This document shows positions 1-25,196 of a stretch of 32,000 nucleotides of DNA, piece by piece. The notes below the pieces were generated by a model, which was not told the DNA's origin, ran no database searches, and was given only the letters and a program-made list of their open reading frames with translations. Numbering within the stretch: position 1 is the first letter of the stretch; the number at the start of each line of letters is the position of its first letter. Location of the stretch: positions 420,001 to 452,000 of the forward strand of contig NC_000908.2 of assembly GCF_000027325.1 (NCBI RefSeq), given 5' to 3'. The DNA is from Mycoplasmoides genitalium G37. GTDB taxonomy: Bacteria; Bacillota_I; Bacilli_A; Mycoplasmatales; Mycoplasmoidaceae. A program made the translations under genes and the position numbers.

Positions 1-52
1 ACAATCTTTTAAATCACTTGCACTCTTCAAAAAATGTGCATCCATGTGTATT

Positions 53-274
53 TTATTTTTGGTTTTTAATGGAGCGCATTATCTCTTTTACCTGGGTTTC
101 AGATAATTTTCTACCCATTTTTGCATACATTGCTTTAATTTGATTTTCAGTAATAGGTGGATTGTCACGCATCTGTTTTTTAAAGATTTTTATAGAAATA
201 AAATAACCAAGAATCATTCCCACCAAAAGCGAAAGAGGGATACCTAAACCTAATGCAAGTGCTAGATCATTCAT
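53..274 (-). CDS. Small UPF0154-family membrane protein (MG335.1-like)
   Basis: 73 aa intact ORF with an N-terminal TM segment (LALALGLGIPLSLLVGMILGYFI) followed by the NPPITENQIKAMYAKMGRKLSE motif typical of UPF0154. Confidence 0.88.
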   Translation of the reverse strand: MNDLALALGLGIPLSLLVGMILGYFISIKIFKKQMRDNPPITENQIKAMYAKMGRKLSETQVKEIMRSIKNQK

Positions 275-332
275 AGCTATATATTAATAATTAAACATTT
301 TAAAAGTCTTATAAAATTAAATAATCGAATTA

Positions 333-1358
333 ATGGATAAACTTGTTAGTATATTAGTTCCTTGTTACAAATCAAAACCTTTTTTAAAACGTTTTTTTAA
401 TTCACTTTTAAAGCAAGATCTTAATCAAGCTAAAATTATTTTTTTCAATGACAATGTTGCTGATGAAACCTATGAAGTTTTGCAAAAATTCAAAAAAGAA
501 CACAATAACTTAGCAATTGAAGTCTATTGTGACAAACAGAATGAAGGTATTGGAAAAGTGCGTGATAAGCTAGTGAATCTAGTAACAACACCTTATTTTT
601 ATTTTATCGATCCTGATGATTGTTTTAACAACAAAAATGTCATAAAAGAGATTGTTGAATCAATTAAAAAAGAAGATTTTGATCTTGGTGTATTAAAAAG
701 TATGGTCTATTTATGCTTCTTAAAACATGATTTCATTATTAAATTTTTGCCTTTAAAAGGTATTTTTCAAGGCAGAGTAAAATTAATTAATAATAACAAT
801 GTTAATAAATTAAATTACATCAAAAATAATGATCAATATATTTGAAATATTGTTATAAACACAGATTTTTTTAGGAAGCTAAATTTAACTTTTGAATCAA
901 GGTTATTTGAAGATATACCAATCTGATATCCGATGTTTTTTTCATCACAAAAAATTGTTTTTATTGATGTGATAGGAACAAATTATTTTATTCGTAATGA
1001 TAGTTTATCAACTACTATTAGTGCTCCACGCTACTTAAATTTAATCCAATGTTATGAAAAGCTATATGTAAATCTCAGCCAAAATGGTTCTCTTGCAAGT
1101 TTTATTGATCCAAATCATAAGATTGAAGCTAGGTTTTGAAGAAGGCAAATGTTTGTTTGATTTGCACTTTTCAGCTTTGAATACTTTAAGAAAAATTTTT
1201 CTGAATCAAAAAAAATTCTTGAAAAACTATTTGTTTTTTTGGAAAAAAATGGAGTTTATGAACGTGTTTTTCAAACAAAAAATCAAGGTATTTACTATAT
1301 TTGGGTACAGCGACTAAAATATTTTAAACATGTTTTGGAATCTAAATCAGATAACTAA
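333..1358 (+). CDS. Family 2 glycosyltransferase (MG335.2-like)
   Basis: Continuous code-4 ORF from ATG 333 to TAA 1356-1358 joining track ORFs 333..845 and 933..1139. N-terminus SILVPCYKSKPFLKRFFNSLLKQ and the FIDPDD acidic motif fit GT2 enzymes. Confidence 0.85.
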
Positions 1359-1466
1359 TTAAGTTCTCTTTAAAAAATCAATGAGATTAAAGTTATTTAA
1401 AGCTTATTGTTTAATTTACTTAAATTAAGAATCTTTATCTTGTTAAATTAATACTTAACTGGTTTA

Positions 1467-2693
1467 ATGTCTGCAATTAAATTTAATCCTAGTTCATTCA
1501 GAAAAAACTTTAAATGGTTTGAAAATAACAAAAATTGGATTAATTTTGATAATGCTGCTACTTCCATTGCACTTGATGTTGTGGCTGAAGCAAGCAAAGA
1601 ATATTACCAGTATTTTTGTGTCAATCCTCATAACAAAAATCCTGAAATTAACCAAAAACTTATTGCTATTATTGAAGAAACAAGAGATTTATTAGCAAAA
1701 TTTTTCAATGCTAAAAAAAATGAAATAATTTTTACAAGTTCTGCAACTGAATCGCTTAACTTATTCGCCTTTGGATTAAGCTCTTTAGTAAAAAGTAATG
1801 ATGAAATCATTCTCAAAGAAGATGAACATGCTGCTAATGTTTTTCCCTGAGTAAATCTAGCAAAAGAAAATAAAGCCAAACTAAAAATAATTAAAAAAAC
1901 ACCAAATAAATCTTGAACTGATGCTTTTTTAAAAGCTTGTACACCATCAACAAAACTATTAGTTATAACTGCAACATCTAATCTTTTTGGAAATAGTATT
2001 GACTATGAAAAAATTTCTAAACACTTAAAAAAAATATCACCAAATAGCTTTATTGTTGTAGATGCAGTACAAGCTGTACCACACCATAAAATCGATATTA
2101 CAAGTGCTAATATTGATTTTTTAACTTTTTCTACACATAAATTTTATGGACCTACTGGTCTTGGCATTGCCTTTATCAAAAGCGAATTACAATCACGACT
2201 AAAACCCTTTAAATTAGGTGGTGATATTTTTAAATCATTGGATAATAACTTTAAGATAATTTTTAAAGAAGGTCCTTCCAAATTTGAAGCTGGAACGCTA
2301 AATATTATGGCTATTTATGCTTTGAATAAACAGTTAAAATTCATGCAAAAAGAATTTAATTTCAGTGAAATGGTGTTTTACAGCAAACAATTAAAAAATT
2401 TAGCTTATCAACTGCTAAGTCAAAATCCTAATATCGTTTTAGCTAATCATGATCAAGATGTTCCTATCTTTGCTTTTAAGCATAAATATATTAATTCTGC
2501 AGATCTAGCAACTTTTTTAAACATTAAAAAAATAATTGTTAGACAAGGATCCATCTGTGTTGGTAAATTTAAAAATAAAGAGAGTTTTTTACGTGTTTCT
2601 CTACTCCATTACAACACAAAAGAGGAATTACTTTATTTAGAAAAATTATTAAAAACTAGTAAGAATTCCATTATTAATGAACTAATATATTAG
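1467..2693 (+). CDS. sufS: Class V aminotransferase / cysteine desulfurase (SufS-like, MG336-like)
   Basis: Code-4 ORF of 408 aa joining 1467..1850 and 2238..2693. Motifs: FDNAATS, TSSATESLN, VVDAVQAVPH, STHKFYGPTGLG (PLP lysine), and VRQGSICV carrying the candidate catalytic Cys. Confidence 0.9.
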
Positions 2694-2696
2694 CTA

Positions 2697-3099
2697 ATGG
2701 ATATTAGAGCAAGAACAAAAATTATTGATATTTATTCAAATTTAAAATACAAAAAACCTCTCAAAAGTTTTCAAAAAATTTTAACAACAAGTGATAGTGA
2801 TAATTGTGAAGACTTTTTTAATATAGGTTTAAATATTGATAAAAATAAAATTACTGCAATTGGTTTTGATGGTGATGGTTGTATTATCTCTACAATTGCA
2901 ACTGAATTAAGTATTAAAGCAATTGAAAATAAAACTATTAACCAAGCAAAAAAAATATTATCAGATTTAATTGCAACTTATAAAGATAAAAATTCAGCAA
3001 ACCAAGTTGTTGAAGAATTAAAGCTTTTAATTGAAATGAATGTAACTGAAAAAAGGTTACAGTGTTTGCTTTTAACACCAAGCAACTTATTGCAATGGT

Positions 3100-3113
<14 letters not shown>
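2697..3113 (+). CDS. sufU: SufU/IscU-type sulfur-acceptor / Fe-S scaffold protein (MG337-like)
   Basis: 138 aa intact ORF 3 nt after the sufS-like gene. Three Cys at family positions: [14 protein letters not shown] and KRLQCLLL. Confidence 0.82.
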
Positions 3114-6912
<3,799 letters not shown>

Positions 6913-7089
6913 CTTATACTAGCAGTTTGATAATTATCACATTTAAAAATCTAGCTAATATAATTGCAAATCTAGATTATTAAAAAATGTATATTAATTA
7001 TAAATAAGTTAATTTTTCTAATTTAAGCATTAAAAAAGCTTAAATCTCTCTAATTAAAATGCTTTACCAGAAAATCAAAAAATTAGTTT

Positions 7090-8112
7090 TTAGCTAGCTG
7101 TTTGTTGAAATGAATTTTTATTAGCCAATTGTTGAACAGTTAGTTCTTTTATTTGTTCAAATAATGCTGGCTTTTCTGATAAAACATTTAATAATTTTTC
7201 TTTACCAACAGCAATGCTTTCATTGTTAAAAGAATAAGAATTTCCAGCTCTTACAACAACATTAAATTTAAGTGCTAAGTCAATAACTTCATGTTCATGT
7301 ACAAAACCACGGTTAAACATGATTTCTAATATAGCAACACCAAAAGGTTTAGCAATCTTATTTTTAGATACCATTACTTTTGTTTTTATGCCAACATAAT
7401 TGTTGAATTTATCCTTAAGTAATTCAACACGCTTAGCTTCCATTCTTAATGAACTATAAAATCTTAGAGCTTTTCCTCCTGTTGTAACTTCGTTATTTCC
7501 AAACATCACTCCTGGTTTTTCGCGTAACTGATTAATGAATAAAACACAAGTTTTAGAATCTGGTAATATCGATTGTATTCTTCGCAAACCTTTTGACATC
7601 ATTCTTGCATGCAAGCCAATAGTTTGTTCTTCAATTGTGCCTTCTAACTCTTGTTTAGGAATTAACGCTGCTACAGAGTCAATAACAATTAAAGATATCT
7701 TGTTTGTTTTAATTAATGATTCGATAAGAGCAAAAGCGTTTTCACCATGCCTAGGATGAGCAATCAAAAGTTTATTTAGATCAATACCAATTGATTTAGC
7801 ATATGCTAAATCAAGTGCACCTTCAGCATCAATATAACATGCTGTTTTACCTGCTTTCTGAAAACTAGCGACTGCATTTAGTGCAATAGTTGTTTTTCCA
7901 GATGATTCATTTCCATATAGTTCTACTATCCTACCTAAAGGTAGACCACCAGACCCTAATGCTTCATCTAAATTTAAACTTCCAGTTGAAATTGTTTCAA
8001 TTTCACTGTTTTTCTTTGCATCAAAAAAATCAAAACTTGTCAAATTATTACTTTCAATAAAACTACTATTTTTTTGAGTATTTTTCTTATTAATTATTTC
8101 TTTTTGAGCCAT
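7090..8112 (-). CDS. recA: Recombinase RecA (MG339-like)
   Basis: 340 aa intact ORF with Walker A GNESSGKTT, LIVIDSVAAL, and GGKALRFYSSLR, all RecA hallmarks. Confidence 0.98.
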   Translation of the reverse strand: MAQKEIINKKNTQKNSSFIESNNLTSFDFFDAKKNSEIETISTGSLNLDEALGSGGLPLGRIVELYGNESSGKTTIALNAVASFQKAGKTACYIDAEGALDLAYAKSIGIDLNKLLIAHPRHGENAFALIESLIKTNKISLIVIDSVAALIPKQELEGTIEEQTIGLHARMMSKGLRRIQSILPDSKTCVLFINQLREKPGVMFGNNEVTTGGKALRFYSSLRMEAKRVELLKDKFNNYVGIKTKVMVSKNKIAKPFGVAILEIMFNRGFVHEHEVIDLALKFNVVVRAGNSYSFNNESIAVGKEKLLNVLSEKPALFEQIKELTVQQLANKNSFQQTAS

Positions 8113-8209
8113 CTTTCATTACACCTTATAAATAAGTGCAAAAAAATAAAAATGACATTTTTTTATTAGAAATTTTGTTTATTTTTTAATTTTTCTTAAA
8201 AAAATCTCT

Positions 8210-8280
8210 TTTTAGGAGTTTATTTTTTTATATTAGTTAACTTGTTTGGTTTGTTGACATAAACACTCCTAAAACTCCTA
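8210..8280. repeat. ACTCCTA box cluster: two direct copies and one inverted copy
   Basis: TTTTAGGAGT at 8210-8219 is the reverse complement of ACTCCTAAAA at 8265-8274. A second ACTCCTA lies at 8274-8280, and TAGGAGTT 8213-8220 also pairs with AACTCCTA 8273-8280. Confidence 0.8.
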
Positions 8281-8294
8281 TATATTATTAGTAA

Positions 8295-9606
<1,312 letters not shown>

Positions 9607-9612
<6 letters not shown>

Positions 9613-9950
9613 GTGGAATCTTCTTCCTCTTTCAACCCCACCCAAAGGTTGCAAAAAGATAGTCCGGTGAAGGATTCAAACAAAGACAGTGAGAAACTCA
9701 GTGAAACAACTGCTTCATCCATGAGTGGTATGGCTACATCTCCTCGCAAAGCCCTCAAAGTGGAGGTGAAAAAACAAAGTGGATCAAGTGACACCCTCAC
9801 CAAAAACGACTTTGCTAAAAAGCCACTGCAGCATAAGAACAGTAGTGGGACAGAGGTGAAGTTAGATGCGAGTGGGGAGTTTGGTGACAACAAAGCCTGA
9901 AAACCATTGTTGACTACCGAGCAAATAGCAAGAGAGAAGAGGATGGGGAT

Positions 9951-9953
<3 letters not shown>
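9607..9953 (+). pseudogene. Truncated MgpC (MG192/P110)-like segment, N-proximal part
   Basis: Frame FNPTQRLQKDSPVKDSNKDSEKLSETTASSMSGMATS...NDFAKKPLQHKNSSGTEVKLDASGEFGDNKA-W-KPLLTTEQIAREKRMG resembles the MgpC N-terminal region; homology stops near 9945. Confidence 0.85.
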
Positions 9954-10562
<609 letters not shown>

Positions 10563-10579
10563 GTAACTATTTTTTTAAA

Positions 10580-14458
<3,879 letters not shown>

Positions 14459-14467
14459 TGTTAATTT

Positions 14468-18640
<4,173 letters not shown>

Positions 18641-18729
18641 TTGTGGGGTGAAAAGCGGATCAAAACATTAAAAAGCCACTAACAGCGTTATAAAACGCAT
18701 GCTAATGGACTTAATCACAGTTCGCTAAA

Positions 18730-19236
18730 TTATATTAATTTTTTAACTTGTTCAATAAAAGGCTTAAAATCAAAGTTCTCATGATAACCGTTGACTAAAA
18801 CTGTTCCTTTAACATTAAGACCGCTAAAACTTAAAAATTTATCTAGTAATTCTAGAACAGTTTTACCCCCACCCGCAGTTGCTGGAGTTACACAACAAAT
18901 AACTCCATTAAGACCTTTTAAAAATTGATTTCTACCATACTGCTCATCACGAGTCATCCAGTCAATGATGTTTTTAGCAAAAGCAGGGATAAAACCGTTG
19001 TGTTCAGGGGTAACAAAAATTAAATTGCTATGTTCTTTGATTTTTCTAACTAAAGTTTTAATTTTGTCAGGAAAGTTAGTTGCTTCTAAATCAACAGAAT
19101 AAAAATCAACTTGATAGTCTTTTAACTCAATCAATTCACAACTTAAAGAATGTTTTAATTCATTAGCAAATTTCCTGTTAATGGAATGTTGCGAATTGGA
19201 GAGCATTAAAATTAATGACTTTTGATCTTTTGACAT
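18730..19236 (-). CDS. NAD(P)H-dependent FMN reductase-like flavoprotein (MG342-like)
   Basis: 168 aa ORF; flavodoxin-like features ([25 protein letters not shown]) typical of the FMN reductase family. Confidence 0.8.
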
Positions 19237-19314
19237 AAATTAACACTTAAATTTTAAATAAAAAGTATTTAAAAACAATTTAATAGAAGCGTATAGCTAT
19301 TTTTTTCAATGTTG

Positions 19315-20355
19315 TTAATTATTGAGAAAATAGCAACCTTGATAAGTCTTAATATCAGCAACCTTAGTATCTAAACTAACGGTTGGTAAATTGGGGTTTT
19401 GTTCTTTATTTCCTTCAAGTAAACAGATACAATTCTCATCAAAATTAAAACCTTTCATTATTTCAACAATTAAGTGGAATTCCAAATCAAAAATCAAAGC
19501 ATCAACTTTTAATTTAGTAGGAGAATTTGAAAATACTTGTAATTTGGAATAATGCAGTAAAAACTGCTGATTAAAATCTTTAACAGTTTGTTGTCAAATT
19601 AAGTTCTTTTGCTCAAAGTTAGGATGCTTAATGTTTTCTAAATTTTTTAACAAGTATTTATGAGGCAAGATAAAATGGCTGGTGATTTTTAACTTTTTTT
19701 CAATTGTGAATCTGTCTTGAAAACTAGTGAAACTAAAATCAATGTTACTTTTTTCAAAGTTAGTTTCATAACCAAACACACCGTTTAGTTCAACAAACAT
19801 TACGTTATTTTTAGACTTGTGCTTTTTTTCTAATTTTCTAACTAACTTAAAAAACTTATTTTGAAATGATCTTAAAGAATAAACTTCATGTTTTATTTTT
19901 TGTTTTTTAATTTCTTTAATTAGCGAATCAGAAAGCTTAATAGTTGTTTTTTCTTCTGGTGAATTAATTAATAAAAAAACTATTTTCAAACCCTTAAAAG
20001 TTTTCAGTATTTTTAAAAACTTATTAATTTCTGTATCTGTATTTTTGGTTTTTTCAACAAAAGCAAATACAGTATCGTTTTGACTTTTATTTCTTAATGC
20101 TAAACCAAATGCACTTCACAAGTTATTATCAAAACCTAAAAAAGGGAAGTTATCAAAATAAATCTTTTGATATATTGGAAGACTTACTTTGTTAACAAGC
20201 AGATAATTTACTTTTTTAGATCTAACTAAAAAATTAACAAAATCTAGATATTGTAATGTTGATAAAAGTCCAACCTTATTGCTATTTTGAAAAAAATCAT
20301 AAGCTAATAGGCGTTGCTCATTAACGAGGGTTTGATCATTAATTTTATGAGACAT
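19315..20355 (-). CDS. Conserved mycoplasma protein of unknown function (MG343-like), 346 aa
   Basis: Fragments 19315..19497, 19594..19989 and 20116..20355 are in one frame under code 4, ending in TAA at 19315-19317. Confidence 0.85.
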
Positions 20356-20358
20356 TGT

Positions 20359-21180
20359 TTAATAAATTTTACTTAGTTTATTATGATTCAGGATATCATC
20401 CATTGCTTTACAAAAGCTTTCATATTTACTATTAAACATTTGGTGTTCACTGTTTAAGATAACAGATGATTGCAAATTATTGTTCTTAATTAGGTATTTA
20501 TTGAAATAGCTTAATGTTAATTTTGTTGGCATAAATAAATCATTTTGAGCTAAAACCAAAAACACTGGTAACTTTAAATTTTTATAAGTCTTATTTAAAA
20601 CTGGTAGTTCTTTCAAAATATTATTAGAAAGCTTTTTAGCCATTTTACTGTGTTTTGACAGCTCATTTTCTCAGCTGTTTTCATCAGTTAAATTACTAAA
20701 TTTAGTTTGAAACATTGCTTTAAAATTAGCCATTCTTTCTGCCTTATCTTTTTTAAAAGAACTTTTAATTTTGAAATATCTCAATAAGTTACAGTATGAA
20801 AGAGGTGCTAAAAGTATGAGTTTTTCAACACGTTTAGCATTTAATAAATTCATGGCATAACTACAAACAGCAGCACCCATACTGTGTCCTATTAGAACGA
20901 TGTTTTCCAGATCCTTATTTTCTATAAAAGCAGCTAATAGTTCTCCATAATGGATTGGAGATAATTCCTTATAATCAAAACCATTTACATTATGACCAGG
21001 TCAAAGTGGAGCGTAATAGTCATAATCAGTAAGGGTTTTATAAAAACTTTGAAAGTAGCTATGAAAAACAGAAAATCCATGTGCAAAAACAACCGTTTGT
21101 TTTTTTGTTTTTTTTGCTGGCTGAAAGAAAACTTCAAGCTTAGAAATATCAATCTGATTAAGATCTGAAAACCTTTTCAC
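20359..21180 (-). CDS. Alpha/beta hydrolase, lipase/esterase-like (MG344-like)
   Basis: Code-4 frame with nucleophile elbow VLIGHSMGAAV, VVFAHGFSVF oxyanion region, and ...NSEHQMF near the C-terminus. The only plausible start is GTG at 21178-21180. Confidence 0.82.
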
Positions 21181-21190
21181 AATTATTTTT

Positions 21191-23878
21191 TTAACACACT
21201 TTAAAACAACGTGAGCACAAATTATGATCTAATTTTTGCTTAATGATTGTTTGAAAATTTCAGCATCTTTCACACATTGTTTTTTTAGTTTTTTTAACTT
21301 TAATTTCATTTTCATTATTTGTTAAATTAACACTGTTTACATTAAGTCAAAGTGCGAGATTATCCTTTAATTTTTTGGGTATTTTTTTATTAATTCCAAC
21401 GGTTAATTCAATTTGATTATTTTTAGAAATCAACCCTTCTTTTCTTAGCTTTTCAATTTCTTTGAAAGCAGCATTTTTAATACTAGTAAAAGTTTTATAG
21501 ATATTTTCTAAATTCTTAGAGTTAGCAACTTTAAAAACAGTCGGTTTTGTAAAGAGGTTCACACTTATTGGTTTTTTATTGAATGAATAGTTTTTTCAAG
21601 CATCTTCTGCAGTGTGGGGAATAAAGATATTTAAAAAACTGATTAGTTGTGTAAAAATATAGTTTAAAACAGCTTGTTTAGCTAAACGATTAGGATTATT
21701 TTTAGCATCACAATATAAGGTGTCTTTAATTATTTCAAAGTATCAGCTTGATAGTCATAAAACAAACTTATTAATCACTTTTAGGCAACCTAAAAAATTA
21801 TATTTCTCTAAAAATTTCTCAATTTGTTCTACTAGTGAATTAGTTTTATGGATAACTATTTTGTCTTCTAGTGAAAACTTATAATCATCCATTGATGTAA
21901 AGTTAAATCCATTAATATTACCCAAAATAAAACGTAGTAAACTATTTCTAATTCTGCGGTATTGTTCAGCAACTTGTTTAAGAATATTAACACCTATTTT
22001 GTTATCAATTTGTCAATCAGTATTAGCAACTCACAACCTTAATATATCCGCTCCATATTGATCACAAATTTTTAAAGGATCAACTATGTTTCCTAATGAC
22101 TTTGACATTTTATTGCCATTTTCATCAAGTGTAAAACCATGTGAAACAAGTGATTTAAAAGGGATTAAATCATTTTGAATAATTCCGCAATTTGAAGAAG
22201 AGTTGAACCAACCCCGATATTGATCAGAACCTTCAATATAAAGATCAGCTATTGAACCATATTTATTTATTTCCAAAACATTATAGGAAGAACCTGAGTC
22301 AAATCAAACATCTAATGTATCAATCTCCTTGTGATACTTAACTCATTTTTTGGTTTTATCAGGTTTTAAAAAACAAGTTACATCTTTTTCAAATCAACTA
22401 TCAATACCATGCTTTTTCAATTGTTTAATTGTGTATTGAATTGTTGAAAAATCTAACAATGGTTTGTTATTTGCATAAACAATTGGTATAGGCAAGCCCC
22501 ATACTCTTTGACGTGAGATACATCATTCATCACGTTGTAAAAGCATCTCTTTTAATCTCAATTGATTTTTTGAATTTAAAAAATTAACTTGATTAATTTG
22601 TTTTTTTAACTGCTTTTTTATTGATTTAGTTTTAATGAATAATTGTTTGGAAGCACGGTATATAACTGGAGTTTTTGAGCGTCAATCATGTGGTTCGCGG
22701 TGGGAAATAACTTCAGAAAAAATAAAGCTATTGTTTTGTTTTAAACGATTAATAATTAGATCATTTGCTTTAAGATAAAAACAATTCTCAAGTTCTTTAT
22801 CATTAAGTAAGTTATTAAATACACCTTTCTCATCAATAGAAATCAAAACTTCTTTAATCTTGTTTTTTTGACAAAGATAAAAATCATCAATTCCAAATGC
22901 AGGGGAGCTGTGAACAATACCTGTTCCCTCATTATCAACAACATGTATTCCCATTAGAACTGGTAAAACCTTGTTATAAAAACAATGAGAATAGCTTGAA
23001 TTTTTTAAATTTGAACCCTTGAATTTTTTTAGTTTAATTGCATTTGTTCAATTTAACTTATTTGTAAAAACTTCAAATAATTTTTCCAAGATAACAAATT
23101 TTTGTTGGTTATATTCAAAAAGAAGATAATCAAAATCAGGATGAATGGCAATTGCTTGATTAGTTGGTAGTGTTCAAGGAGTTGTTGTTCAAACTAATAA
23201 ATTAGCATTTTCATCTAAAAAATCACTTTTAGAAACTTTAAAAGTTAAATAAAGTGCAATTGAATTAACTTCTTTATATTCAATTTCCGCTTCAGCAAGT
23301 GAAGTTCTTGAAATTGGTGATCAATAAGTTGGTTTTAAATCTTGAAAAATGAGCCCTTTTTTAATTGCTTGTAAAAATAGTTCAAGTTCCTTAAATTGAA
23401 AACTCTCATCTATTGTGTAATAACAGTTTTGAAAATCATTTAAAAGTCCCAGTCTTTGAAATTGTTCTTTTTGAACTGCAATTTGTGAAAGTGCAAACTG
23501 ATGACATAATTTTCTTTTTTCAACAGTTGAAAGATTGCTATAACTACTAGGGTTTTTCTTACTAACTGCATGTTCTATTGGTAGTCCATGACAATCCCAA
23601 CCAGGAATAAAAACAACATCATATCCTTCATATAACCAACTACGTAAAATGAAGTCTTTTAAAATCTTGTTAAGAGCATGTCCCACATGAATACTACCAT
23701 TTGCATAAGGTGGTCCATCATGCAGTATTTTTATCTGTTTTCCTTTATTCTGTTTTTTTAATTTTTGAAAGACTTTTTTATCTTTTCAAAAATCATGAAA
23801 ATTCTTTTCACTAGTAGATAAATTTGCCTGCATCGCAAAGGATGTTTTAGGCATTAACAATGTCTTTTTTAAGTCCAT
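21191..23878 (-). CDS. ileS: Isoleucyl-tRNA synthetase (MG345-like), 895 aa
   Basis: Fragments 21347..21562, 22031..22276, 22682..22954 and 23321..23686 are in one frame. Motifs: [40 protein letters not shown], and a C-terminal Cys cluster MCERCWNF...LCSRC. ATG 23876-23878, TAA at 21191. Confidence 0.97.
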
Positions 23879-23921
23879 TAAATCAGAGTAATTTTATTAA
23901 TATTTATCTAACTTACATCTG

Positions 23922-24422
23922 ATGTATAAATCAGTAATAAACATAGTTTTATTTTGTCCAGAAATTCCTAATAACACTGGCAACATCGTACGTAGTTGCA
24001 CTGCTTTTAAAGCTAATCTACACTTAATTAAACCTTATGGCTTTTTCTTAAATGATAAAAGGATGGTTAGAGCTGGTTTAAATTGTTGAGATAAAATTCA
24101 ATTATTTGAACACAAATCATGAGAACATTTCTTACAAGCAACCACTGAAAATAAAACTATTTGGCTTTTAACTAAAAGTGGTGATAAAACTCCTGATCAA
24201 ATTTGCATGACAAATAAATTACCAAACGAACTTTACTTTGTTTTTGGTCAGGAAACAAAGGGATTACCTAAAACAATCATGGATAACTTTAAACAAAACC
24301 AAATTAGAATTCCCATTTGAAATAGTGTTAGAAGTATTAATCTTGCTAATGCAGTTGTCTGTATTTTGTATGAATATTCAAAGCAAAATCAATACTCTAA
24401 TTTAGATAAACAGTGCGCTTAA
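23922..24422 (+). CDS. SPOUT-family tRNA/rRNA methyltransferase (TrmL/SpoU-like, MG346-like)
   Basis: 166 aa code-4 ORF: NIVLFCPEIPNNTGNIVRSC, FVFGQETKGLP, IRIPIWNSVRSINLANAVVCILYE are TrmL/SPOUT motifs. Absent from the track because of UGA-Trp codons. Confidence 0.88.
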
Positions 24423-25045
24423 GAAAAGTTAAAAACGCTCTTTTAAAAATTAATCAAAGTCCTTATTTTTATTCAAAAGATAAGTTTGCTAAGTTTACTA
24501 AAAAACAATTAGTGCTGGAATTGGGTTGTGGTAAGGGTACTTTTTTAATCAAAGAAGCACAAAAAAATAACAATTTTCTTTTTATAGGAATTGAACGTGA
24601 ACCTACAATTGTTTTAAAAGCAATTAACAAAATTAACAAGTTGGATTTTAATTTGGAAAATATCTTATTGTTGTGTACAGATGCAAAACAACTTGATGAT
24701 TATTTTCAAGCTGAATCTGTTCAAAAAATCTTTATTAATTTCCCTGATCCTTGACCTAAAAAGCGTCATATACAAAGACGTCTAACAAGTCCAGATTTTT
24801 TGAAACTTTTTTGAAATTTACTAGTAAAAAATGGCTTAATTGAGTTTAAGACTGATAATGATAAGTTATTTGAATATACTTTAACAACATTGCAAGAAAA
24901 TAGTCAAATTTTTGAAATTATCCATCAAATAACTGATCTTAACAATTCTGAATTCAGTTTTCAAAATAGTATCACTGAATATGAACAGCGCTTTATGGAA
25001 TTAGAAATTCCAATTAAAAAACTAGTGATTAAGAAAATAATTTAA
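24413..25045 (+). CDS. trmB: tRNA (guanine-N7-)-methyltransferase (MG347-like), 210 aa
   Basis: GTG start overlapping the upstream gene by 10 nt. Motifs LELGCGKGTFLI, FIGIEREPTIVLKA, KIFINFPDPWPKKRHIQRRLTS. Continues through UGA to TAA 25043-25045. Confidence 0.92.
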
Positions 25046-25076
25046 TTAAAGTTATTAGAATAATTATTAGCTTGAT

Positions 25077-25153
25077 GGCGATTGTGGCGAAGTGGTTAAC
25101 GCACCTGATTGTGGATCAGGCATTCGTGGGTTCAATTCCCATCAGTCGCCCCA
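25077..25153 (+). tRNA. tRNA-His (anticodon GTG)
   Basis: Cloverleaf with acceptor GCGATTG/CAGTCGC, a G(-1) opposite C73, anticodon loop TTGTGGA, T loop TTCAATT and encoded CCA. Confidence 0.95.
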
Positions 25154-25167
25154 TTAAAGATTCAAAG

Positions 25168-25191
25168 AGCAGCAGTTAGCTGCTTTTTTTT
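25168..25191 (+). terminator. Intrinsic terminator after tRNA-His
   Basis: Stem AGCAGC (25168-25173) / GCTGCT (25179-25184) with 5-nt loop followed by a T run, 15 nt after the tRNA 3' end. Confidence 0.75.
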
Positions 25192-25196
25192 ATTAG

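Noticed and set aside
7535-7759. 74-aa plus-strand ORF inside recA.
   Set aside because: Antisense to conserved RecA codons, no homology recognised.
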